The notes beneath the pieces are model-generated. The model worked only from the letters and a program-made list of their open reading frames with translations. It was not told the origin of the DNA and made no database searches. Positions 1 to 9,888 of a stretch of 64,000 nt of DNA are shown here, piece by piece. Each line of letters begins with the position of its first letter. The first letter of the stretch is position 1. Source of the DNA: Balanoglossus misakiensis (Eukaryota > Animalia > Hemichordata); contig CM082591.2 in NCBI GenBank assembly GCA_040954595.2, positions 2,269,745 to 2,333,744 on the forward strand, read 5' to 3'. Made by a program: the position numbers and the translations under genes.

Positions 1-123
1 GCAGATTGCCACACATACTGCAAAGCAAAGTCAATAATGCTGCCATTAATCCAAGCCTTTGGGTTTAATGTTTCTAGGTCTTCTTCTAGTAAAAATCCTA
101 ATGCCTTCTGCCATTCTTCTAAC
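1..123 (-). pseudogene. Ulp1/SENP (C48) protease-like exon fragment, probably transposon-associated; runs off the window edge
   Basis: After the acceptor tatctag (ends 124) the minus strand reads RLEEWQKALGFLLEEDLETLNPKAWINGSIIDFALQYVWQS, matching the N-terminal DL.TL.P..W+N..+I.F motif of Ulp1 catalytic domains. The upstream putative exon (209-457) does not join in frame, and a decayed duplicate lies at ~561-717. Confidence 0.55.
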
Positions 124-717
124 CTAGATATCACACAAATATAAAATCATATGGAATTGTAAATGCATCTGAAAAATGGTTTGAGAGTTTCAAAATCTAG
201 ATGTTTACCTTTGGAAAGTGAATATCTGCAGTATTCTCCAAGTTAATAATGTCGTTAACTGCAAACTTGGTGTTGGTTTCAACTTCATATGCCCGTAACA
301 ATGTCATGGCATCTCCTACTGTCTTCAGGAATCCAATGTAATCACTACTGCTCCCACAAAAATATTGTCTCCAAGTCATGCTTGAATTGTAGCAGAATAT
401 TCGACGTAATAGCGCTGTATGATCAGTACGATTTGAGAGTTTGAACTCAACTGCCAAAAACTACAATAGATACATTAGACAATAATTATATGGGATTTTA
501 TTTTGCCTTCTTCGTCCAGTTTGCGTAACAATGTTGTTATAATGTTCTCTCCATTCTTTTCCCATTAATTCAAGCCTTTGGGTTCAATATTTTGATGTCT
601 TCATTTGTGAGTAATCTTAACGATTTCTGCCATTCTTCTAACCTAATATAAAATCATATGGAATTGTAAATGCATCTGAAAAATGGTTTGAGAGTTTCAA
701 AATCTAGATGTTAACCA
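42..717. repeat. Direct duplication of ~160 bp (42-209 and 561-717)
   Basis: Both copies share ccattaat.caagcctttgggtt.aat and an identical aatataaaatcatatggaattgtaaatgcatctgaaaaatggtttgagagtttcaaaatctagatgtt. Confidence 0.85.
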
Positions 718-1605
718 ACTATTTTCCACTCTCGTTTTCCCAAAGCTGTTTATACATTTTTTGTGGTGTTTGTTTGTACATTTTTGTTTCTTCTTTTCTC
801 ATATGAAATATCTTTTTCATGAATTGGGAATAAAGCATTATTATTATTAACTATGGAAAATTATAGTGCTCTATTTAATAGAATGAGGTCCATGCATTAA
901 TAAAGCATTATTGTATTATTAAAGCGCACCATATAGTAGCTATACTCCAACCACTGAATGACGTCACATATCAAAACTCACTACGCCCTCATCGGCAGAG
1001 ACGTGGGATACTTCTGTTCAAAATGCGTTGATTGGCTAGTCCTGACCCTTAGGCAGAGGTGAAGCGTGTACAAAACATGTGCCGTGATTGGTCACAATTT
1101 CATGGTGAATTGCCAGCAAGCCAGTGTTGCGTATTGTAACAAAAGGCAATATTTCAGCGCCGATTTTGAAGTTGATACATACATAAAACGTCAACAGTGC
1201 TGTCCCACTGGTGGTTACACTTCGAAACGGTATGTACCGAATTCGTTTACATTTCGAGTACAGTGAGGGTACGGAAATAAGAAAATGTTATCTCCTGAAT
1301 TGTGGCAAACATTCCAATCGGCGTCTCAATGTCGCGTGAGAGTTGAAAAGGGCAAGTCATGAACCCAAATCCTCTGTCGACACATGTACATACATATACA
1401 TGTATATTGCCAAGTTCGGAGAATGTTTTTACCCACACAGGGGCAAAATTTAATTAAAAAACGGCATCGATACCACCCATTCCATGTCAAAATTCATACC
1501 TGCTAAACCCTTTGCCCATTTATAACGGTCTTCCGTGTGTTTTGGGGCGATTTCTGAGGAGGACTACGCATTCTCCAGTTTCGAGCCTCGAGGTATCTTC
1601 AGCTG

Positions 1606-1745
1606 ACCGCTGGAAAGTACCAGGGCTGTGATTGGTTGCCACGTCGTTGGCTTGAAACATTTAAAATAGGCTCTAATTTAAATGTTTCAAACGAACGCAT
1701 ATTCTGGGCAGGCAACCAATCACAGCCCCTGTACTGTCCAGTGGT
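1606..1745. repeat. Fold-back inverted repeat (MITE-like) upstream of the SPC24 start codon
   Basis: Outer arms 1612-1640 and 1711-1739 are 26/29 complementary. Inner arms ttgaaacatttaaa (1652-1665) and tttaaatgtttcaa (1677-1690) are perfectly complementary. Confidence 0.8.
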
Positions 1746-1817
1746 ATATTGATATTTCCCTAAAGAAACTGCCTTCATCAACCTTTTTCTGTCATCTCAA
1801 CAGACATTCTCTCAAAG

Positions 1818-2937
1818 ATGGCAGATTACAAGGCTGAAGGAAAGATAGTGATGCCGGAAATGGCCAATGCCCTGAAACAGTCAGAACCGGTCGCACTGCT
1901 CAAGGAAGTACACCAGTTACTGAAAGAAGTGCAAAGCCTCCAACAGAAACAGCAAGAGGGAATCAAGACCAATCTCCGTCAGTTCATGCAAATTGTCGAT
2001 GACAAGGAACAGAACGGTGAATTGATAAAGAAAGAAATACAAGAAGCTGATGCTGAAAACGAGCTTGGTGAAAAGAAACGTGCAGAGGAAACTGAGCGTA
2101 ACAAGGCCATCCTGCAAGAATATGAATATCCTTTAATATATTATTTTATCTTTGCAACAGATGTGTGATGGAGGGTCTAATAAACAGATCAGAGTCTCTC
2201 CATCACACTTTCAATACAGCACTGGGCCTACTTCAGTTGTTACATGAGGTTGCAGTGTTTTCATTTTTAATGTTTTCCTGATACAAGAAAGTAAAACCGT
2301 ATAGCCAAATTCTTGTTGTTTGTTGTCCTGGTTTTGACCCTTGACCTGTCGATTGCACAGCTTGTATGAAAGCCATTGAAGAGAAGACAGAAGAAGAGAA
2401 AAAGCTGCAAGATTACAGGAAACAAGTGACAGAAAGTACAACTTCTACATTGCCACAGACAAGGTCTGGTTTTTGAAGTCTTTGATTCTGTCTTTGTAAA
2501 CAGTACCGGTAGTTGATTCTAAGCAGAAGTTTATGTGTACTGAAAAAAACTTTGTCTGTTCTAGCGCTTAACAATGTTGGAATGCATCATGTGGTTTTCT
2601 TTATCTCTTTCCAGGTTTAAGGTGAATTTATTTCAGAAGATACTTGGAATCCAATGGGATTACGAGAGTGATCCTAATGAAATCAAAGGCTGTATCCTTG
2701 CAACAAGTGAACTGATCGCAAAATTGATTTCTTTGCACATTTTTATACACTGTGGTACGCCTACTGATGGCTTTATAAGAAAATTTCATTGTGGATTTCT
2801 TTTCCTTGATTGTCGTTATACCAGATGTGTGCACAAGACACGACGCAAGGCCATTCTGTTTGAACAAACAGCAGAACTCTGACTTCTTCATCACTAACCA
2901 CTTGTGGGATCTGGTAGAAGCAGCTCATATGGAGTGA
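1818..2937 (+). CDS. SPC24: Kinetochore protein Spc24 (Ndc80 complex), 200 aa, 4 coding exons
   Basis: Exons 1818-2125, 2359-2463, 2615-2691 and 2825-2937 total 603 nt in frame. N-terminal coiled coil followed by LFQKILGIQWDYESDPNEIKGYV...QNSDFFITNHLWDLV, matching the Spc24 C-terminal RWD-like domain. AATAAA at 3281. Confidence 0.9.
2126..2358 (+). other. U12-type (minor spliceosome) AT-AC intron
   Basis: 5' site ATATCCTTT; branch CCCTTGAC at 2338-2345; ends tgcAC. Only the AC junction keeps the frame, since the AG at 2360 leads to a stop. Confidence 0.9.
2692..2824 (+). other. U12-type GT-AG intron
   Basis: 5' site GTATCCTTG; branch TTTCCTTGAT at 2801-2810, ~15 nt from the terminal CAG, with no polypyrimidine tract. 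Confidence 0.88.
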
Positions 2938-3568
2938 TGGCTGGCCGTCCACGGCTGGTCATTTGTCACACAGTGGAACCTGGTGTGTTCATCACCTTCT
3001 GCTGTTCAACACTGCCTTTTTCGACTAGTTTTCTTACTACTGCCCTTAAGTTATTTTGTATTTGATATAATCACTGCCAAACACTTTAGCAATTTCTCTC
3101 CTTTCTATACATATTTATGAATATGTTCATTCAGCGTAAATGTTCAGTGAACAGACTTTTGATATACAAAACAATCATGTTGTATGTGATTTCTAACCGC
3201 CCAGATTTTTTAACAAATTTCCTGTCACACACACACACACTATACAATGTTAGAGTTATGTATCTTAGTTGTTTTTGAAAAATAAATTGTAGTGTTTGAC
3301 ATCATTTTTGGTATATATAGTTTCTTTAGAACGATTATTTATGTTGTTCTGCTCACTGAAGCATTGTTGATGACCAGTTGCAGATCCATTCACAACTTGA
3401 ACTTGGATGAATAAAATTCCGACACCATTTGATGTGCGCCACCTACCACCAAACTGCTGTAAACTTTCGTTTTACGCAGGTCAGTCATGAGGTACTGGTC
3501 TAGGGGGTCGCAAAGACGAAAAATGACACACAAATCATGACGTCTTCTTATTAGAAACATTATAAAAC

Positions 3569-3574
3569 TTTATT
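3569..3574 (-). terminator. Putative polyadenylation signal of a minus-strand transcript converging on SPC24
   Basis: AATAAA on the minus strand followed downstream by GT/T-rich sequence (tttgtgtgtcatttttcgtcttt). Confidence 0.45.
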
Positions 3575-3921
3575 AAGGATCTAAAGTTTGAAATAGCCTG
3601 CAATTCACTTGGGAATACTACCGGAAAATGTCACACAAATTCCCATCACACTACCATTGTAAGGAAATCCAGTTGTCTCCAAGGCAACCTGTAAGGTATC
3701 CCTAGGTTGGTGTCCAGTTGTCACAGTAGGTATCCCTAACTTACACAAAGTAAACAAGAGTTGGCATCTCTAAGTCTTTAAGGAGGACGACTGTGTGAGT
3801 GCAACTAAACTATGGTACCCTGGGGAACAAAGTAACCAGGCAACTAGATGTTAGAAGCTGTAACCATGCCAACCTGACCCTGGAAACAATACAGACTACA
3901 GAATGGCAGGAACCATATTTT

Positions 3922-4935
3922 TATGTACACAAACCTAACACTACAGCCTAAAAGAAACAACGTTATATTGCACATTATTACCTTGTGGAAAATGAAACAA
4001 ACCAAAAAAGAATCAAAAACTTTTCCAACATCAGATTTTGGCAAGTTAGAAAGAATTTTTGAAGACAAAATCAGCTGAAATGTCATAAATAAATTTGACT
4101 TGGACTTCATCAAAAGGTACTCAGATACCACTATCATCGTTAGTCAAAGTTCCCTATTACCCATAATTCCTAAATTTCATATTTACATGTTAGCTAGTTA
4201 ATATTTGTCAATGGTTACCACAGAGAGGTTGGCATGGTTACTATTATACAACTTGACCAGAAACATATCTCTATCTATTATAAGCTAAATTGTCTATACT
4301 AAACTACAGTGAACTTTAGATGACCTAGAGTTCAAAGGTCAATGAATAGGACACTATATATCTAAAGATATCCGACCCCCAAAATATTCCAATTTTTATA
4401 ATGAAGTATTCATCAATTCTTTCATAAATAATTGGATATTTACAAAAAAGGTTACTCTTTATATACACTCGGTAGGGTTAATACAGGGATCGTGTCTCCA
4501 TTAAAAAAAATGAAAACAAAAAATAAATGAATTCCAAGCTGTGTAATTCTGAAACTTGGGAGGGGTCCAGAACATATTCCCCTATCCTGTATATTCCTAC
4601 AAACCACAGACCAGTGGAACCAACAATCCATTTTTTATAATATTTACTAGTTACATTTTGTATTATAAGTTTTGTAATTAACTATTGGTTGTAATAAGCA
4701 ATATTACACATTCAGTTACAAACAACATCTACATGATCTAAAAGATGCAATATCATTTAACAACTTTGCATATTTTTTATAATTTTTATGACTTTTGTTT
4801 ATTTTCTGTAAGAGAGCATTACGGTCGAGTGTTTATATCTACAAGGAGAACAGCCCAGCTATTGGACAGAGAATTTTTGCACCTTTAAAGATAGGAGAAA
4901 GAGAATATCTACGGTGAAATCACACTGTATTTACA
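3922..4935 (-). promoter_or_regulatory. Cluster of six Pumilio response elements (UGUANAUA)
   Basis: Plus-strand tatNtaca at 3922, 4180, 4437, 4460, 4836 and 4928. I saw none in the opposite orientation within this interval. Confidence 0.5.
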
Positions 4936-5289
4936 GAGCGTTTGAGACAACCTGCACACGGAATCTAAAAACATTCCATACGAGATACTCTATTAAAAAT
5001 GTTAAAGTCGTGGTTGAGGTCAAAGGTCACACTCATCTAAGACTGTGTACCCTACGCTGCCGTGGAAACAGTCAAGGCTTGAAAGGACATTCAGCAGGTC
5101 TATAGTTAGTTAACCAACGCTTCAATTCTAACGCTCCAATTCCTACTGTATGTAAAGAACATGATGGCAGCTTTGTTACCCATGATTCTTTGTGTCATCA
5201 TGCACTGCACAGTCATTTACAACAACTTAAGGATACTTTCTCATCCACTGTTCAAGTGAAACGCTGAGTTAAGGGGTACAGCCCTGTGC

Positions 5290-5725
5290 AAAAACATAGC
5301 GATGCCACAGTCTGTCTGTGGATATGCCAAGGCATGGAAACATAGCTATGCGTATGTGAACATAGCTACGAAAACACATAGAAGCATGGGTCTGCTAGCA
5401 TAAAACATAAACTATGCAATACACATGGCTATGAAAGAACATAACAGTAGAAACACAGCCATGCAAATACTAAGAAACATAGTTATGCAAATATACACTG
5501 AAAATGTAGCAACATAGCTATGAAAATACACAAAGTATAGTGATGTTTAGAAACATAGGTCTACAAATGCAAACATGGAATCTGGCTATTGAATTATGTA
5601 GACACATAGCTACATAAATACATGCAGATAGCTATGGAAACATAGCAATTCAAATATACAGAAACATAATATTGAAACATAGAAACATAGCTATGCAAAC
5701 ACATAGAAACATAGCTGTGTACATA
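5290..5725. repeat. Degenerate array of GAAACATAGCTATG-like motifs (~15 copies)
   Basis: Recurrent acatagctatg / acatagctac / acatagttatg with irregular spacing; the core CATAGCTATG is palindromic. Confidence 0.75.
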
Positions 5726-7705
5726 ACACGGGCATGTGAATTCTAAATACATATCTCGACTCTCATAAAAAAATGAGTTTATAACAAAAGACAACAAAAC
5801 TGAGGTAGCCATTTTGTCAAATTTTTTTCAATCGCGTACTTCATGATTAGATGGACGATGTCTACTTTACTTTCATCTCCAGATGTCTACACTGGATTTT
5901 CGCATATCCTGATGCTAATAAATAAACAGGCATGTATGTGTGTGTACACACAACAATAAATAATCCATAAAATATATTCAAATGCACAAGGAAATTTCAT
6001 GGGGGCATGGGGGGGGGGGGTGGGGGCTGGTTCAAAGAAATTTACACATTCTAAATTCTCGGCAAGTACAAGAAAAAAAGGACAAAACAAGATACAATAT
6101 GTACCGATAAATGCATACCACATGGGGATAAAATAAAGGCTCTATCTTGATTATATATCCAAGCATAACTTCTACAGTGAAGCATGAACATATATATAGA
6201 AAACATACACGCAGAACTATGGACATTTATAATGGATTTTCTATGCTGTGCTTAAAACAAAGAAATATTAAATAATCATTATTGCTTGTCAAGTTTATAT
6301 CTCCCCTGATTTGAAAAGGTCAAATATACAAATCAAGAAGTTTGTGATTCTGAAAGCACCAAGGTCACTACACTTCATTTATACCTAGCCAATCAAAATC
6401 CTCCATCGGTTAAAACTAGCCAATCATAACCCTTTACCAGTTTAACATAGCCAATCAAATATCTCGATTCAGGTTTATGAAGACACAAGCACACTTCTTC
6501 AGGCAGTTGATGTCAATCCCCCTAGGTCATCCAAGTCTTTTTGAGTATACTTAGGCAACCCATGTTGTGGATTGTGCTCCCTCAGGTAAGTCAGTTTTAG
6601 GATTGAGCTCCCCCAGGCAAGTCAGCTTTTGGAAAAATACAGCTGCTTCATCAGGCAGTTGCTTTGAACACATTCCAGTTGAGTTTCCCTGAAGATCTTC
6701 TTAGGGGGTTCCATCCCAATCCACACTGTTGTATCTATCACAGAAAAAAAAATCATTCGCAGTTCAGAAAGATAGTTTACTTTCAAACTCAAAGTTTATC
6801 ATCCTCATCAGACAAGATGTATCAAATTAATTGAGCCCGTATCAATCATCTTCACCTTTATCTCAGCTGAATCAGATTTAATTACTACGACTGCAGTAAT
6901 CCTCAACATACAATGCACTTTCATTAGGAAACGGTCTACAACCATTGCTTCGCTATTTGTAACCAGGATCGTAATTGATTACAACTTCATATTTCATTAA
7001 GCATATACATTGTTTCTATGTCTTGCATCTGAAGATCCATTTCAATCTCGGTTATCATTGTGTCATCAAATTGTGACTTTCAATGAATCTCTGATCAACA
7101 AAGGAACAGATTAATTAATGATGGGTGAATGGTTGGACAAAGACCAAACCATAGCCCCAAGTCTGTAGCAACTAATGAATACCAAAATAAAATCTGATCT
7201 GCATACCTAACTTTGCTATCCAAGTTTGGGGTTTGCCATCCACACGCAGGCAGGCTACCTGTACCATGTCGTCTGTCTTTGCACAACACACAACCACAAG
7301 CATTTCCAGGCTGACTTCATCAGACCCATTGAATAGTTGTCACTCTTGGTGAATGGCAGAGTCTATGGTTCACTGTGATCATCCACACTACTTGGTTTGA
7401 TGCAAGTCTTGCTTCGGGACGGCAGCCAGTAGGAGGACATTATGTTAGTAGCCATTTGTATCGAAGTTGCGATTTGGCACACACAGAAATTAGCTGTCAG
7501 TCAGACCATGATTTTGTACTTGACAAAACAAATTTGAAAACGGTTAACGTTCCACGACAAAACTTTCCAGGCATAAGATGTGCATTGTTGTTTCAACCAG
7601 ACGGTTCTTGATGAATTCAGGCATAACTGTATTCAAAGCAGAGTTCTACACCACACGTGACAATTGGCATATGTGCGCTCAGAAAATTCCATTGGTGAGG
7701 ATTGG

Positions 7706-8270
7706 TTGATGAGCTGTGTCATTGGTAAAGAGTAGTTAACGAGCTGTGTTCTGAGTAGATCTCTTAACCAGTGAAGCCATGGTGATGATACTTGTACACA
7801 CCACTAGTTCTTTGGGTTTATGAGCTGTTGTCCACGGATAGTCTTTATGTCACCATGAGCTTTCTTGCATGTGGATCTGGGTGTCACTATTACGAGTTGT
7901 CAAGTGTTGCTCCCCAAATGAGCTGTGTTCCAAATACTTCTCCATCACACTACAGAAGTCTGGGTGACGAGATATCTTACAGTAGACTAAACGCCACTGA
8001 GAAAAGGTTAGTTGATAGGCAGTTTTGTCCATACATTGACGTCAAGAGTAAAACTTGCTTGATGAGATGTGTTCCAAGGTGATGTGTTTAACTATAGTTA
8101 AGTTATGAGCTGCATTTCCAAGTTGATTTACTTCAATCCCTAGTAAAACTTCATTGATGAGCTGGGTTTCACGTTGACTTCTATGTTGAGCTGCGTAAAA
8201 GTGTTGATTCGCGTAACTAGTAAAGTGCTGGTTAACGTTCCTAGTAAAGCTTGGTTAACTAGTAAAGCCG
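7706..8270. repeat. Dispersed array of TGATGAGCTGTGTTCC-like motifs (~10 copies) plus four CTAGTAAA motifs
   Basis: gagctg cores at ~7711, 7741, 7822, 7920, 8107, 8159 and 8188, with variants at ~7857, 7894 and 8064; spacers are unique. Confidence 0.7.
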
Positions 8271-8765
8271 AGTTGACAACCAGTGTTCTATGCCGGTTGA
8301 TGTTCACAGACAGTACAGATATTGACAACTTTTTAAGGCATTTTTTAGGTTGTGCGTGACACTGTAGTATTGTACCTATGGTGAGTGACCGTTCTGGCCA
8401 CGAGTCCACAAAGTTGTAGCAATGAATGATATCACCCTTGACTTCGACTTTGACCTTGAAATGGCAGTATTACAGCATCCAAACTTGATGGCTCATGAAA
8501 CCTCACAAAGTCAAGGGTTCCATCAAGTCCAACATTGGCAACATCAGGATTTGTGCAAGATGGCAGTGTTAGAGCTCGTGTCTGGTGGCAATTTCCAAAA
8601 ATTGCAAGAGACAACGTTCCCCTAAATAGTATCAACGCTCAACATGCATACTTTTGTTGACATAAGGCAAATAGAAAATTTCCCCCATCTTTTAAAGTTT
8701 GCATTTGATTGGCAATTCAAGGCATTTTGTTAACAATACAATAATTTCTGTCAAAATCTGTTTGT

Positions 8766-8832
8766 TATCAATTATCAAGTGTCTCATCAAATTATCAAGT
8801 GTTCCATCAAATTATCAAGTGTTCCATCAAAT
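8766..8832. repeat. 20-bp tandem repeat, ~3 copies
   Basis: atcaaattatcaagtgttcc repeated. Confidence 0.85.
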
Positions 8833-9888
8833 ATCTTTACTCTTCCACAGGCAAACAAGTGGTTTCAGTAAAACCTGTTTAAACCGGACATCAAAGCACT
8901 GAAGAAATGTTTCACTGGAAATATTTCACGATTTGTAATGGACAGTGCCATCTATGGGTAAATTGGGTGGGCAGTATATGTTCTGTGCACATCGACGTGG
9001 GATGTTTCCTGATTTGTGAAAAATTGCTTTTTTTCGATATTTGGATGCCATTAAATAAAAGCATTGGCTACAAGCAATCATTTGAGTTGTGATTGGGGAT
9101 GTAGGTATGCTGTTGTGAGCTGAGCTGTCAGTGGATTTGAATGACAAGCAATGGCTCCCTGCTAATACACTGTCTCACAAAATTGTTGACCTTTTTGAGA
9201 AAACGAGCTGACATGTGGGGAAAATGTGACCGTGAATTCACATCACATCTTCGTGAGATCTTAGAGACTGGAAAGCAGTCTGATTTTCTAGAAACATGAC
9301 ACAGCACAGTATCGACATGATACGGAACGGTGTTGGCATGACAATGCTGATAGCAAATGACCATCGCTTGCAAACAAAGAAGCCCACAGATACAGATGTA
9401 TCACTACCACAGCCAACACACAACAGCATGGTTGCATTCAAAATGTACTCTCTCTAAAAAAATATTACTTTGAATAAAAACAATTAATTCAACTGTCTGA
9501 TATAACTTGGACTCTTTGCAGCATTAGTAACTTAATTTGTGACTTTTGGGATTTGTGATTTTCATTTTCAGGGTGTCGTCATGGTGTCTCGGAGGTTTGC
9601 CGAATTATGTTCATATTTAGCCAATCACCACATCATTAGTGCTGACACACAACACAAGAAGATCCCCCATCTGCTGGTTATTGCCTTCCATCTGTGGTCT
9701 TTGAATAACACGGTGATGTTGAAACTTTCATGCATTTCTTCATCCCTGCACAATATTCCAGGCATTTCCATTCTTTTTTCAAACACAGAATTTGAAGCAA
9801 AGGCAGCAGTGAGTTGACACGATCAGTGGCCATGAGTACACCTCTTCCAATGCAGTCCACACTTCATCATCCGGCAGGAATATTCCAT

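Noticed and set aside
7706-8270. CRISPR-like repeat-spacer pattern
   Set aside because: Repeats are short, degenerate and irregularly spaced; no cas genes; animal genome.
8561-8582. miR-34-like sequence tggcagtgttagagctcgtg
   Set aside because: Only the seed matches and no hairpin is evident; at most a target site on the minus strand.
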